A stretch of DNA of 64,000 bases from Acidobacteriota bacterium (GTDB taxonomy: Bacteria > Acidobacteriota > UBA890 > WLXD01). The position numbers were made by a program, and so were the translations under genes. How positions within the stretch are numbered: the first letter of the stretch is position 1; each line of letters opens with the position of its first letter. The notes beneath the pieces were generated by a model. The model was given only the letters and a program-made list of their open reading frames with translations. It ran no database searches and was not told the DNA's origin. Shown piece by piece: positions 29,354 through 40,328 of the stretch. The DNA is taken from the NCBI GenBank assembly GCA_963666055.2, contig CAXWPH010000015.1, positions 416,001-480,000 of the forward strand. The letters are read 5' to 3'.

Positions 29354-30343
29354 ATGAGCGATCTGCAGCTGCCGGGAATCGACGATGTCCGGGCCGCCGT
29401 ATCGCGGGTTGAGCCTTACCTGCACCGGACGCCCCTGCTTTCGTCGCGCACGCTTTCCGAGCACACCGGCCTCGAAGTATGGCTCAAGTGTGAGTGCCTG
29501 CAAAAGACGGGCTCGTTCAAGCCGCGCGGCGCCCTCAATCGTATAGCGACGCTCTCACAGGAGCAGCGCGATGCCGGCGTGATAACGATCTCAGCCGGCA
29601 ACAATGCCCAGGGTGTCGCCTTTGCAGCGCGCATCGCAGGCGTGCACGCAGTCTTGGTCATGCCGGAAACGGCGCTGGCGAGCAAGGTCGCAGCGACGCG
29701 CGCCTACGGAGCCGAGGTGGTCCTGCATGGCGACGTGCACGCCGCGTTCGAGAAGCTCGAGGAGCTGCGCCACGACCGCTCGCTCACCCTGCTACACCCC
29801 TTCGATGATCCGATGTTGATCGCCGGCCACGGCACACTCGGCCTCGAGATTGACGCACAGATGCCCGAAACGCAGGCAATCGTGTGCGGGGTTGGCGGCG
29901 GAGGTCTTTGTGGCGGACTGGGGGTGGTCTGCGACGGGCTCGGCAAGGGTACGCGCCTGTTCGCGGTCGAACCCGAAGGCGCGCCAACCATGACCGCGGC
30001 AATTGCGGCAGGCGAGCCGGTGCGGCTCGAGCACGTCGAGTCAATCGCCGACGGGCTCGCCCCGCCGTTCGTCGGGCATCTGAACCTCGAGGCAGCACAG
30101 CGCTTCGTCGAGCAGGTGGCGCTAGTATCCGACGAAGAGATCCGTCACGCTCTCGGGCTCGTGCTCGAACGAGCGAAGCTGCTTATCGAGCCGTCCGCCG
30201 CCGCTCCGGTCGCGGCTCTCCTAGAAGGCCGATTGCCATTGGAACCGGGCACCCGCGTGGTCGTGGTCCTCTCGGGCGGGAACCTCGACCTCGACACGCT
30301 CGCCGCACTCCTCCCCACACGCACGTCGAGGCAGATCTCATGA
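29354..30343 (+). CDS. PLP-dependent threonine/serine dehydratase family
   Basis: RTPL, LKCE.LQKTGSFKPRGA, SAGN.AQG, HPFD, GVGGGGL, SIADGL, EPSAA and LSGGN. Confidence 0.9.
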   Translation: MSDLQLPGIDDVRAAVSRVEPYLHRTPLLSSRTLSEHTGLEVWLKCECLQKTGSFKPRGALNRIATLSQEQRDAGVITISAGNNAQGVAFAARIAGVHAVLVMPETALASKVAATRAYGAEVVLHGDVHAAFEKLEELRHDRSLTLLHPFDDPMLIAGHGTLGLEIDAQMPETQAIVCGVGGGGLCGGLGVVCDGLGKGTRLFAVEPEGAPTMTAAIAAGEPVRLEHVESIADGLAPPFVGHLNLEAAQRFVEQVALVSDEEIRHALGLVLERAKLLIEPSAAAPVAALLEGRLPLEPGTRVVVVLSGGNLDLDTLAALLPTRTSRQIS

Positions 30344-32424
30344 CAAGCAACCGACAGCCGGCGAGATTTGGCGCGCTGCTCGTGCTCGGTGTTCTTACAC
30401 TGGTCGCGCCTGACCTGTCAGCGCAGGAGCCACAGACAGAGCAAGCACCGCCAGAGCAACAGCAACGCGTAGAGCAGATCATCACGGTCACTGCGACGCG
30501 CCGTCCGTTCGACCTAGAGGAGATCTCCGCCCACGCGATCGTCGTATCCTCCGACCAGCTTCGCCAGCGCCCGGCGCTGGGGCTCGACGAGGCGCTTCGT
30601 TGGGCGCCGCAGTTCAGCCTGCTACGGCGTAGCCCGGCACGCGCCGCCCACCCTACGTCGCAAGGTTTGAACCTGCGCGGCGTGTCCCCCAGCGGTACGA
30701 GCCGCGCACTTCTTTTGCTCGATGGGCTGCCGCTGACCGATGCATTCGGCGGCTGGGTGTACTGGAGCCGCACGCCATCGCTCCTCATCGAGCGTGTCGA
30801 GATAGTGCTCGGCGGCGCTTCGGGGGCGTTCGGCAACCAGGCGCTGGCCGGTACCGTGCAGATCGTGGCCCGCACGCCGCCGGCGAGCCGTGCAAGCATC
30901 CAGGTGCACGGGCTCGGCGGCAGCCAGGCGACCTTTCGTGGCGGCTTTGCGCTGAGCGCCGGCAATTCGAAGCGCGGCCTGATCCTGGCCGCGGACGCGT
31001 TCGACACGCGCGGCTACATCGCCGTGAGCGAGGCGGATCGCGGACCGGTGGACGAAGAAGTAGCGACGAGTCACCAGACGGCGATGCTACGCGCCCGCCT
31101 GGCGCCCGGGCTGCTGGCCGGGCTCGAGGTCTTCCACGAGGCTCGTAACAACGGCACCCCTGAGCAGACCAACTCGACGCGCGCATTCGGCGCCAGTCTG
31201 TCCTATAGCGGCGGCACCGCCACCAATGGCCATCGGCTCGCCGGGTTCGCGCGCCGACAGCGGTTTCGCAGTCGGTTCTCGAGCGTGATCGCGGCGCGCT
31301 CGCGGGAGCTGGCAGTGCTGGACCAGGAAGTTCCATCCTGGGAGACGGGCATCGGCGCCAACGCCTGGCGTCAGTACAGTAGCGGTCTGGTGCTGGGCGC
31401 TGGACTCGACTGGCGGCGGGTCGGCGGGGTGAGTCGCGAGGATGTTCTCCTGGCGGGATTCTCGCGCCAACCGGGCGGTACCCAGAACGTCGGGGGGCTC
31501 TTCGTTTCGGCACAGACACGCGTCGGAGATTCGTGGCACCTGGACGCCTCGCTGCGCGGCGACGGATGGCACAACAACCCGCGCGACCCGAACGCAGAAT
31601 CTCGATCGCAGTCCACCGTCTCGTCGCGTGCCGGCGTGGTCTTCAGCCCAGGGGGCGACTGGAGGCTGCGGGCCGCAGCGTATCGATCGTTCCGCGCACC
31701 AACACTCAACGAGCTGTATCGCCAGTTCCGCGTCGGCAACGTCTCGACCAGCGCCAACGACGAGCTCACCGAAGAACGCCTCACTGGCGCCGAGATCGGG
31801 GCCGACTGGTCGTCGGGCAGCCCCACCGCCGGGGGTCGAGTGCGAATCGGAATCACGGGCTACTGGAACAGGCTGCGCGACGCGGTGGTCAATGCCACTG
31901 TCGGCGCTACGTCGACGCTGATCTTGCGCCAACGGCGGAACCTCGGCGCCGCTACCGTGCGCGGAGTCGAGATCGACGCTTCGGTGCAGCGCGGCGGGTT
32001 CGCGGCCAACCTGGTGACCTCGTTGATCGGCACCCGCATCGATCAGAACCCCGTTGTATCCGGACAGCCACTGGTGTCGTTGGTGGGTAATCGGTTGCCG
32101 CAGGTGCCGGGCTATCGGCTACGAGGATCGCTCGCTTGGACCGCCGACCGATGGGGCGCCCTGATCGGCCTGCACGTTGCTGGCGACCAGTTCGAGGACG
32201 ATCGTAACCAGCTGCTTTTGGCGTCGGGCAGCTCCCTCGACGCGGCGCTCGATTGGCACCTTTCCGAGCAACTGTCGCTCGGCCTTCGAGGGCAGAACCT
32301 GCTCGACGAGCCCCTCGAGGTCAGGCGCACCTCGGTTCTGTTGCTAGGGCCACCACGGTCGCTATCGGTGACGTTCCAGCTTCGCCCTGATCGCGGCATG
32401 ACGGCAACCACAATGGAGCGATGA
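30340..32424 (+). CDS. TonB-dependent receptor
   Basis: A signal peptide, the TonB-box-like ITVTATR, a plug (LRG…LLLLDG.P…IERVEIV.G) and FRAPTLNELY. Confidence 0.85.
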   Translation: MTSNRQPARFGALLVLGVLTLVAPDLSAQEPQTEQAPPEQQQRVEQIITVTATRRPFDLEEISAHAIVVSSDQLRQRPALGLDEALRWAPQFSLLRRSPARAAHPTSQGLNLRGVSPSGTSRALLLLDGLPLTDAFGGWVYWSRTPSLLIERVEIVLGGASGAFGNQALAGTVQIVARTPPASRASIQVHGLGGSQATFRGGFALSAGNSKRGLILAADAFDTRGYIAVSEADRGPVDEEVATSHQTAMLRARLAPGLLAGLEVFHEARNNGTPEQTNSTRAFGASLSYSGGTATNGHRLAGFARRQRFRSRFSSVIAARSRELAVLDQEVPSWETGIGANAWRQYSSGLVLGAGLDWRRVGGVSREDVLLAGFSRQPGGTQNVGGLFVSAQTRVGDSWHLDASLRGDGWHNNPRDPNAESRSQSTVSSRAGVVFSPGGDWRLRAAAYRSFRAPTLNELYRQFRVGNVSTSANDELTEERLTGAEIGADWSSGSPTAGGRVRIGITGYWNRLRDAVVNATVGATSTLILRQRRNLGAATVRGVEIDASVQRGGFAANLVTSLIGTRIDQNPVVSGQPLVSLVGNRLPQVPGYRLRGSLAWTADRWGALIGLHVAGDQFEDDRNQLLLASGSSLDAALDWHLSEQLSLGLRGQNLLDEPLEVRRTSVLLLGPPRSLSVTFQLRPDRGMTATTMER

Positions 32425-34097
32425 GCCTGACAGCCCGTCGCCAGGCCCTGATGGTGGGACTGTGCTTGCTCGTTGGAGCGTGTGGGGGGCCCAACGCCGA
32501 TAGCGCCTCGGCGACGATCACCGCGGCCGATATCTCCCGTCTGACGAGGACGCTGGCTTCGGACAACTTTGCAGGGCGAGGTCCCGGGGGGCGAGGGGAA
32601 GCGACCACCATCGACTTTCTCCAGGGCGAGCTCGAGCGGATCGGGGTCGAGCCCTTCGGCGAACCCGATACGGAGGGCAATCGCACCTGGTTGCAGCGTG
32701 TTCCGGTGACCGAGATTACTGTCGACGCAGCCACCGCCGCGCTCCGCATGCCGCGAGGTCGCGGCGCCGCTCAGCAGGCCCGGCCCGACGAGTTGACCTA
32801 CGGTGACGACTTCGTCGCCTGGACCCTTCACGAGGACCCCTCCATCGACGTAACGGCACCGTTGGTATTCGCCGGGTATGGCGTAGTGGCGCCCGAAGAG
32901 GGCTGGAACGACTACAAGCGCGATCTGCGGGGCGCCGTGGTCGTGTTGTTGGTGAACGACCCTCCGGTACCCGGCAAGTTCGGCGACGACGCCATGACGT
33001 ACTACGGACGCTGGACCTACAAGTACGAGGAGGCAGCGCGGCAGGGCGCTGCCGGGGCGCTCATCGTCCACGACACCGAACGCGCCGGCTACGGCTGGGA
33101 TGTGGTGCGTAGCTCATGGACCGGTGCGCAGTTCAGCCTGCCGACGCCAACGGATCAGCCGGCACCGGCGCGCTTCGAGGGCTGGATCTCACAGCGCGCC
33201 GCCGATGAACTATTCAGCGCCGCCGGACTCAGCCTGACGGAGTCGATTGCGGCGGCGGCCAGTGCCGATTTCGAGGCCGTGGACCTGGGCGCAACCGCGA
33301 CGATCCATCTCGACAACAACCTGCGCCGTGTTGCCTCCCACAACGTCGTCGGGCGGTTGCGCGGGCGCCACGCCACCGCCGCCGGCGAGTACATCCTGTG
33401 GATGGCGCATTGGGACCACCTCGGTGAAGATGCCGGCATCGCGGGCGACGGGATCTACAACGGCGCGCTCGACAACGCTACCGGGGTGGCGGGGCTGCTT
33501 GAAGTTGCCGAAGCTTACGCGTCGCTGCGACGGGCGACACGCCGCTCGCATCTCTTCGTGGCGACAACATTGGAAGAGAAGGGCCTCCTCGGCTCCGCGT
33601 ACTACGCTGCCAATCCGATCGTGCCACCGGGCAATACGGTGGCAGCAATCAACATGGACGGGCTCAATATCTGGGGGCCGACCGAGGACATCACCGTGAT
33701 CGGCCTGGGAAACTCACAGCTCGACGAGTTCCTGCGGCAAGCCATCGAGCCGCAGGGGCGCACGCTCAGCCCCGACCCGGAATCCGCCAAGGGCTTCTAC
33801 TATCGATCCGACCACTTTCCGCTCGCCAAGATCGGTATTCCGGCGTTGTATATCGATGCCGGGGTGCGCTTCGTGGGACGGCCCGCAGGCTACTCAGACA
33901 TGGTTCGGCGGCAGTACACAGCGCTCCACTACCATCGCCCCAGCGACGAGTTCGATCCGACGTGGAATTTGGCCGGCGCCGAGGCCGACCTGCGTGCCCT
34001 CTTCGCCGTCGGCTTCAACCTCAGCGAGGGCACCGACTGGCCCGAGTGGTCGGAGGGATCGGAGTTCGGCGCCGCTCGCGCAGCATCCCTGCGGTGA
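32421..34097 (+). CDS. M28-family aminopeptidase lipoprotein
   Basis: Lipobox VGAC, then LASD.F.GR.PG, YYGRWTYKYEEA, AHWDHLG, NGA.DNATG, EEKGLLGS, RSDHF and YH.PSD. Confidence 0.9.
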   Translation: MSLTARRQALMVGLCLLVGACGGPNADSASATITAADISRLTRTLASDNFAGRGPGGRGEATTIDFLQGELERIGVEPFGEPDTEGNRTWLQRVPVTEITVDAATAALRMPRGRGAAQQARPDELTYGDDFVAWTLHEDPSIDVTAPLVFAGYGVVAPEEGWNDYKRDLRGAVVVLLVNDPPVPGKFGDDAMTYYGRWTYKYEEAARQGAAGALIVHDTERAGYGWDVVRSSWTGAQFSLPTPTDQPAPARFEGWISQRAADELFSAAGLSLTESIAAAASADFEAVDLGATATIHLDNNLRRVASHNVVGRLRGRHATAAGEYILWMAHWDHLGEDAGIAGDGIYNGALDNATGVAGLLEVAEAYASLRRATRRSHLFVATTLEEKGLLGSAYYAANPIVPPGNTVAAINMDGLNIWGPTEDITVIGLGNSQLDEFLRQAIEPQGRTLSPDPESAKGFYYRSDHFPLAKIGIPALYIDAGVRFVGRPAGYSDMVRRQYTALHYHRPSDEFDPTWNLAGAEADLRALFAVGFNLSEGTDWPEWSEGSEFGAARAASLR

Positions 34098-34214
34098 TCG
34101 CCGTTACCGTAAGGATATGAGACGATGCCAGATAGGTGCTCTGGAGCCAGAGGTCGAAGGTCCAGCTGACCCTGGGGCCCTGTTCCCACGCGTTTCTTGA
34201 CGGAGGAAACCTCA

Positions 34215-34829
34215 ATGGCCCACGAAGTACCTGACCTGGCCTACGCTTTCGATGCGCTCGAGCCGCACATCGACGCGCGAACGATGGAAATCCACCACGA
34301 CAAGCATCACGCTGCCTACGTCGCCGGCCTCAACGGCGCGTTGGAGGGGCAGGACAGCCTGCAGGCGATGAGCCTAGCCGAGCTGCTAGGCAACATCGAC
34401 GCGGCCCCCGAGGGCGTGCGCGGCACCGTTCGCAATCACGGTGGCGGCCACGCCAACCACTCGCTGTTCTGGTCGATCATGTCCCCCGATGGCGGCGGCG
34501 AGCCCGGCGGCGAGCTGGGCACGGCGATCGGCGCGGCGTTCGGTAACTTCGACGCTTTCAAGGAGGCGTTCGGAAAGGCCGGCGCGACGCGCTTCGGCAG
34601 CGGCTGGGCCTGGCTAGTGGTCGACGGCGACGGCGCGCTGCAGTGCTATTCGACCGCCAATCAGGATTCTCCCCACATGCAAGGACATACGCCCATCCTG
34701 GGCCTGGACGTGTGGGAGCACGCCTACTACCTCAACTATCAGAATCGACGTCCTGACTACATCGCCGCCTTCTGGAACGTGGTCAACTGGGACGAGGTCG
34801 AGCGCCGTCGCGCGCAAGCCAGCGGCTGA
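34215..34829 (+). CDS. sodA: Superoxide dismutase, Mn-type signature
   Basis: [33 protein letters not shown] and DVWEHAYY. Confidence 0.93.
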   Translation: MAHEVPDLAYAFDALEPHIDARTMEIHHDKHHAAYVAGLNGALEGQDSLQAMSLAELLGNIDAAPEGVRGTVRNHGGGHANHSLFWSIMSPDGGGEPGGELGTAIGAAFGNFDAFKEAFGKAGATRFGSGWAWLVVDGDGALQCYSTANQDSPHMQGHTPILGLDVWEHAYYLNYQNRRPDYIAAFWNVVNWDEVERRRAQASG

Positions 34830-34853
34830 GATAGCGGGCTTTCCAAGCAGCTT

Positions 34854-34890
34854 TGGCCGGGGATGCGACGCTGCATCCCCGGCCATTTCT
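34854..34890 (+). terminator. Rho-independent terminator after sodA
   Basis: A 13-bp stem TGGCCGGGGATGC/GCATCCCCGGCCA followed by TTTCT. Confidence 0.75.
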
Positions 34891-34992
34891 CCGTTGGCCG
34901 CTTGGACCCCGCCACAAACCGCCCAACGGTGAGTACGGCCGGCCAAGCAAAGCTGGCTTGTCGGCGCCGACACGCGACGCTACCGTCCGCCC

Positions 34993-35964
34993 ATGAGTGA
35001 CCCTCCGGCGCTACGGACGATTGGCCTGGTCAAAGAGTTCGACGGGGTCGCCGCCGTCAACTCTCTCGACCTGGAAGTACCCACCGGCAGCGTCTTCGGG
35101 CTCATGGGGCCCAACGGCTCCGGCAAGACCACGACGATCCGCACTTGCTTGGGTATGTACGTGCCTGACCGGGGCGAGGTTCAGCTGCTCGGGGCAAGGG
35201 ACCCGCTCGCGGTTCGCTATCGCGTCGGGTACCTGCCGGAGGAGCGCGGCCTCTATCCGAAGATGCAGGTGAGGGAACAGCTCGCATTCCTGGGAACCAT
35301 CCGCGGCTTGCGCCGCGGCGAGGCGAATCGACGTGCCGCAGCATGGCTCGACCGGCTCGGCCTCGGTGACCGCTCCAAGTCGGCGACCAACGAGCTTTCC
35401 AAGGGGTTGCAGCAGAAAGTGCAGTTCGCTGCCGCGGTGATTCATGAGCCCGAGCTGCTGGTGCTGGATGAACCGTTCACCGGGCTCGATCCGGTGAACA
35501 CACGGCTGTTGAAGGAGCTGATCTTGGAGCAGAGTGATCGTGGCTGCACCGTGATCCTGTCGTCGCACCGCATGGAGCAGGTCGAGGCGATGTGCAACTT
35601 CGTCGCCCTCATTCATCGCGGCGACCTGGTGCTCAACGGCGCCCTGAAGGACGTGCGGGCTGCCCACGGGCACAGCACACTGGCCATCCGGTACGACGGT
35701 CCGAGCGGCTCGCTAGGCAACCTGCCAGGCGTGGCCAAGGTCAATGATTCCGGTCAGTCGGCACGACTGGAGATGCGGGCAGGAGCGGACACGCAGGCGC
35801 TGCTTCGAGTGCTGCTCGATCGCTTAACGTTGCACTCGTTCAGCTCCGAACAACCGTCGATGGAGGAGATCTTCCTCGATAAGGTAGGACCCGGCGCCGA
35901 CGGCAACGCGCATATGGCGCTGACCGATGAGGGCGAGCTGGTGCGCCAGGTGGAGACCTCATGA
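34993..35964 (+). CDS. ABC-2 exporter ATP-binding subunit (NatA-like)
   Basis: GPNGSGKT, YLPEERGLY, LSKG..QK, LDEPF.GLDP and SSH. Confidence 0.9.
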   Translation: MSDPPALRTIGLVKEFDGVAAVNSLDLEVPTGSVFGLMGPNGSGKTTTIRTCLGMYVPDRGEVQLLGARDPLAVRYRVGYLPEERGLYPKMQVREQLAFLGTIRGLRRGEANRRAAAWLDRLGLGDRSKSATNELSKGLQQKVQFAAAVIHEPELLVLDEPFTGLDPVNTRLLKELILEQSDRGCTVILSSHRMEQVEAMCNFVALIHRGDLVLNGALKDVRAAHGHSTLAIRYDGPSGSLGNLPGVAKVNDSGQSARLEMRAGADTQALLRVLLDRLTLHSFSSEQPSMEEIFLDKVGPGADGNAHMALTDEGELVRQVETS

Positions 35965-37235
35965 GCGCCACACAGGTGATCAACATTGCGCGGCGCGAAT
36001 TCATCGCCAAGGTGCGCAGCAAGTGGTTCATCATCGGGACGCTGTTGGTACCTTTCTTCATGAGCATGTGGGTGTTCATCCCCAACTTGCTGGCGCGGGC
36101 AGACGTCGAGCAGCTCCGGATCGTCGTCGCCGACGTGGGTACTGGTAGCGGCTCGCAGATCGCCGACCGCCTCCGCGAGATCGACGATTTCACGCTCGAG
36201 ATCACCGCCGTGCGATCGTTAACCAAGAGCCAGGCGGCGGTGGCGCGCACGTCGCTCCAGCAACAGATCGTCGACGAGAGCCTTGACGGCTACCTGCTCC
36301 TGGAGCCCGACGATGAGCTCGGCATCCGGGGCCGTTACTACGCGCGCGCAACCGGCAACATCGTCATCATCAGTGCCCTGGAACGAGCCGTTCGCCGGGT
36401 CGCGTTGGAGGACTATCTGCAAGGCAGCGGCTTGCAGTCGGAGCGTGTCAACGCTCTCGTTTCATGGGACCTGGAGGCAATCACCGTTTCCGCCGAGGGC
36501 GAAGAAGAGGGCGGCTTTCGGCGTGCCTACATGAGCACTGTCGTCCTCGCAATGCTGCTGTACATGACCGTGTTGATCGGCGGGCAACAGATGGGCAACT
36601 CGATCATCGAGGAGAAGTCGACCCGGCTGATCGAGCTCATTCTCGGCGCCGTTACCTCGACCGAGTTCATCTCCGGCAAGATTCTCGGCGTACTCGCCGC
36701 GAGCTTGTTACAGCTAGCGATATGGGTCCTGCTGTCGGTACTCGTGGGGTTGTTCGTCCTGCCGGCGTTGGCGGTGGGCGCGGCGATGCAGGGCACCGAC
36801 CTGATGGAATTCCTCGACCCGACACTGCTGTTCTACTTCGCCGTCTTGTACTTGCTCGGCTACACGTTCTATTCCGTGATCTACGCTGCCGCGGCGTCGA
36901 CTTGCACGTCGTCGGAAGAGCTCCAGCAGATCGCCTTCCCGCTGGTCATGCCGATGGTGCTGAGCCTGATGTTCGTGTTCTATGCGATCACCAATCCGGC
37001 AACCCTGGCCACCCGTTTGATCTCGCTGTTTCCGCCCACCACACCGTTGGTGATGCTGGCACGCATCAACGTGCTGCGACCGCCATTGTGGGAGATCTGG
37101 CTGGGCATTCTGCTGCTGTTGGCCGCTACCGTGGCGCTGGTGTGGGTGGCCGCCAAGATGTTCCGGTTCACCCTTCTGATGTCGGGTAAGCGCCCCTCCC
37201 TCAGCGCCGTCGTACGGCTGATTCGGGCTGCCTGA
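35961..37235 (+). CDS. ABC-2 permease (NatB-like)
   Basis: IARREF, IIEEK.TR..E, GKILG and multiple TMs; ATGA overlap with the upstream gene. Confidence 0.85.
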   Translation: MSATQVINIARREFIAKVRSKWFIIGTLLVPFFMSMWVFIPNLLARADVEQLRIVVADVGTGSGSQIADRLREIDDFTLEITAVRSLTKSQAAVARTSLQQQIVDESLDGYLLLEPDDELGIRGRYYARATGNIVIISALERAVRRVALEDYLQGSGLQSERVNALVSWDLEAITVSAEGEEEGGFRRAYMSTVVLAMLLYMTVLIGGQQMGNSIIEEKSTRLIELILGAVTSTEFISGKILGVLAASLLQLAIWVLLSVLVGLFVLPALAVGAAMQGTDLMEFLDPTLLFYFAVLYLLGYTFYSVIYAAAASTCTSSEELQQIAFPLVMPMVLSLMFVFYAITNPATLATRLISLFPPTTPLVMLARINVLRPPLWEIWLGILLLLAATVALVWVAAKMFRFTLLMSGKRPSLSAVVRLIRAA

Positions 37236-37407
37236 GAGCGTCGCGACCGGCAACCGTTAGCTGCTGATGAGACGCTCGCCAGCGACGGCACACCGAATGC
37301 GCGGCACCTCCGGCACGGTGGTAGTCTAGGCGCCTCCCCTATCCGATGCGGGCGTGGCCGTGTGCCTCGACGCGTCAAGCAATCGACACCACAGGGACGC
37401 CACCACG

Positions 37408-37752
37408 TTGAAGAAACCCCCGCGGCTGCCGTGGATCTTCGTCGACGGCGCTACACAGCAGACTTTTCGCATTCGTCTTGACCTCCCGGACTGGGATCCA
37501 CCCACCGAGGGCGACAAGCACAGTGAAGCACTGTGCGCTTTCCACGTCACCGGCGACGATGGCGCTGCGTTCGCGCTGCGACTGCAAATCTCCCGTGACG
37601 TGCTCAGCGACAACGCCATCGCCGACCCCGGCGCGCTCCGGGCGCTGGTGCAGGGCAAGGGTGTGGAGATCATCGAGGGTGCCATCCACAACGGCATCCG
37701 CGGTGACCACCAGCTGGTGTGGGAGTCCGATGGGGTTTCCGTCGTCGGCTAG
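37408..37752 (+). CDS. Hypothetical protein
   Basis: ORF with protein-like composition ending convergently with the HAD gene; TTG start is uncertain. Confidence 0.45.
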   Translation: MKKPPRLPWIFVDGATQQTFRIRLDLPDWDPPTEGDKHSEALCAFHVTGDDGAAFALRLQISRDVLSDNAIADPGALRALVQGKGVEIIEGAIHNGIRGDHQLVWESDGVSVVG

Positions 37753-38447
37753 CCTGCCGCCTCGACCAGATCGGCAAGGGTGGCCAGGTCGGGTACCTCC
37801 AGATGTGGGACGGCATCCGCTACCGGCGTGACCCCGCCTGGGCGACCGCTGCTGCGATTTACCCAGACTGTCGAGAACCCGAGTCTGCGAGCCGGTGCGA
37901 CATCATGATAGAGGCTCTGCGCCACATGCAGAATGCGCTCGCGCGGCAGGTCGACGCGTTCGAGCAGCGCGTTGAAGTTGCGCTCCGCGGGTTTGTACGA
38001 GCCCACCTGCTCCGCCGTAACGACCCAGTCGAAGGTCACGCCCAGGTTCGGTGCCGTGCCGGCAAAGAGCGCATCATCCACGTTCGAAAGCACGCCTAGC
38101 CGATAGTGGCCCGAGAGTCGACGCAGAGCGGCTCGGGTGTCGGGAAATACCGGCCAGCCAGCCAGAGAGTCGGCGAGCACCTCGCGCTCACCCGGATCGA
38201 GGCTCACGCTCAACGCTTCGGCGATGCGCTCCACGACACCGCCGAGGATCTCGGCATACGGTCGGTATTCGCCCTTCTCCAGCTCGGTCTCGTAGCGAGC
38301 ATACAGTTCCAGCAGGGCTTGAGTATCGACCTCCGGGATCTTGCGGCAGAACAGGCGCCCAAGAGCCTCCAAGATGCCGGTTCTCCAGTCAATCAGCGTA
38401 CCGTAGCAATCGAACGTGGCAGCGTCGTAGGCATGTAGGTCTAGCAT
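37749..38447 (-). CDS. HAD hydrolase, haloacid dehalogenase type II-like
   Basis: TFDCYGTLIDW, LSNVD, GSYKP, LHVAQS.YHD and WVNR. Confidence 0.9.
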   Translation of the reverse strand: MLDLHAYDAATFDCYGTLIDWRTGILEALGRLFCRKIPEVDTQALLELYARYETELEKGEYRPYAEILGGVVERIAEALSVSLDPGEREVLADSLAGWPVFPDTRAALRRLSGHYRLGVLSNVDDALFAGTAPNLGVTFDWVVTAEQVGSYKPAERNFNALLERVDLPRERILHVAQSLYHDVAPARRLGFSTVWVNRSSGRPGGVTPVADAVPHLEVPDLATLADLVEAAG

Positions 38448-38568
38448 CGTTGCGCTCCACGCGATCCAGTTCACCGGCGGCCAACATCGCAACCTCGGCG
38501 ATCTCGACTAGTCGAATGTTATAGTGGCATGCGCTGGATCCTTCCTCTCTCAGCGACCGCGAAGAGCC

Positions 38569-39327
38569 ATGTCTAAGAACTCCACGACACCCTGTGCGCA
38601 GGCTTTGTGCGGCGCTCTGGCAGCGTTCCTCCTCGTCGGCGGAGCTCCGGCGATTCTCGCGGCAGAGCCCCAGGGCCAAGGCGCAGCGGACCAGTTGGTG
38701 GTCTACCTGATCGACCATCAACTCATCTCGCGTGACGAGTTGATAACGATCCAGACGGAGATCGAGGCGGTGTTTCGCTCGCAGGCGGGTCTCGAGGTGC
38801 GCTGGGTGCTCGACGACTCGCCGCGCCGCCAATTGCGAAGCGGCGAGCTGCGCTTCCTGATCCTGGCCTCCGACGGCACCCGGTGGTTCCATGGTCCGTC
38901 GAACGTCATCGGTCTGGCGCCGCACGACGATACGGGCGTTGGCCGCAACTGCTTCGTTTTCTATCGCCAGGCCCTCTGGTTCCGCCAGCAAGCCGTTCTG
39001 CGATGCCGGGAGGCAACCCGTGCGCGTGCCGAGGCAGAAGCCGCCGGCGTGGAGCCCGACGCAGCAATCGAGTTGCTCGCCCCTGCCAAGTGCGGCACCT
39101 TCTTGCCGGCCTTGGCGCCACTCGTCGTCGCTCGAGCCGCAGCTCACGAGATGGTCCATATTCTTCTCAACAAGCTGGATCACTCGGGCTCCGGTCTGAT
39201 GCGCGAGTCGTTCGACTTGCGCGAGTGGCTCGCCGGAGAACGCGAAGCCTTCCGGCTCCTCCCCGAAGAAGTGGCCGCGCTCCAAGCCCTCTTCGGTGCG
39301 AACATCGCAATCCCGCGGGAGCGCTGA
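38569..39327 (+). CDS. Secreted protein with metzincin-like zinc motif
   Basis: A signal peptide, then AHEMVHILL…DH…GLM. Confidence 0.6.
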   Translation: MSKNSTTPCAQALCGALAAFLLVGGAPAILAAEPQGQGAADQLVVYLIDHQLISRDELITIQTEIEAVFRSQAGLEVRWVLDDSPRRQLRSGELRFLILASDGTRWFHGPSNVIGLAPHDDTGVGRNCFVFYRQALWFRQQAVLRCREATRARAEAEAAGVEPDAAIELLAPAKCGTFLPALAPLVVARAAAHEMVHILLNKLDHSGSGLMRESFDLREWLAGEREAFRLLPEEVAALQALFGANIAIPRER

Positions 39328-39566
39328 GCGACCGTCAGTTCGTCGGCTGGTATCCTTGATCGCATGAGGGGGATTGCTCAGCGCGGGGGTGGCGCGCGAG
39401 GCACCGCGGCGGCGGTTGCGATACTACTGCTGGCGGTCATGACGGCGTGGGCTGCAGCCCGGGACGCTGCGCTGGAGATTGCCACGATCACCGACCAGGT
39501 GGCACTCGACGTCAGCCCATCGAGCTCGAGCATGGCGGGCCGTTGACAGTGGCCGATTCCGTCGAC

Positions 39567-40265
39567 ATGAAAGGCCCGCGCGACCTCCGTACGCGCGACT
39601 TCGCGACCGCGACGTTGGACGTGGCAGAGCGCTCCGAGGATGACCTGCTCCCCAACCGCACGTACCCATCCAATCTGCTGTGGCGAATGACCGGGGCGCT
39701 GGATGCCTCAGCTGCCCCGGCTCGCATCCTCGATCTCGGGCCCACAAACAACGGGAACATCCAGTTCTGGGCCCGACGCGGGTTCGACGTCAGCTGCTAC
39801 GATCTGTTCGCGCACGAGGCCCGACGACTCGGACCGCTCGAGATCACCCCTTTGACGCTCTCGACCGATACCCTCCGCAAGCAGCGGCTGCCTTTCGATG
39901 ACGGCAGCTACTCGGCGATCTGTTCATGGAACGTGCTCTCGCGGCTGCCGTTCGTGCTCGCCCGACAGTTCGCCCGCGAATGCCATCGACTGCTCTGCCG
40001 TTCCGGCCTCATGCACGCCGTCTTCCTGGACTCCGACGGGCGGCTCGATACACGGCGGCAGTACCAAATCGTCGATCGGCAGAGCCTGCGAGTCACCTCG
40101 GCAGCGGTGCCGCGGAGGTTGCCGACCAACTGGGTGGACGCGGAGATCCGCCTGATGCTGTCGCGCTTCGCCGCTTGCGAGATCCAGGTCGCACCGTCGT
40201 ACACGCGCGAGGTGTTGGCGCAGCGGGCGCCCGTCGTACCGACGGCGCGCCGGCACGAGGCTTAG
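39567..40265 (+). CDS. Class I SAM-methyltransferase-fold protein
   Basis: ILDLGP, LPFDDGSY..I..W.VL and CHRLL..SG; start is uncertain. Confidence 0.6.
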   Translation: MKGPRDLRTRDFATATLDVAERSEDDLLPNRTYPSNLLWRMTGALDASAAPARILDLGPTNNGNIQFWARRGFDVSCYDLFAHEARRLGPLEITPLTLSTDTLRKQRLPFDDGSYSAICSWNVLSRLPFVLARQFARECHRLLCRSGLMHAVFLDSDGRLDTRRQYQIVDRQSLRVTSAAVPRRLPTNWVDAEIRLMLSRFAACEIQVAPSYTREVLAQRAPVVPTARRHEA

Positions 40266-40328
40266 TGTCCCCAGCCAGAAATGGAGCTGACTCGATCCGG
40301 TTTTCCGCTTCGACGCTATAATCGCCGC

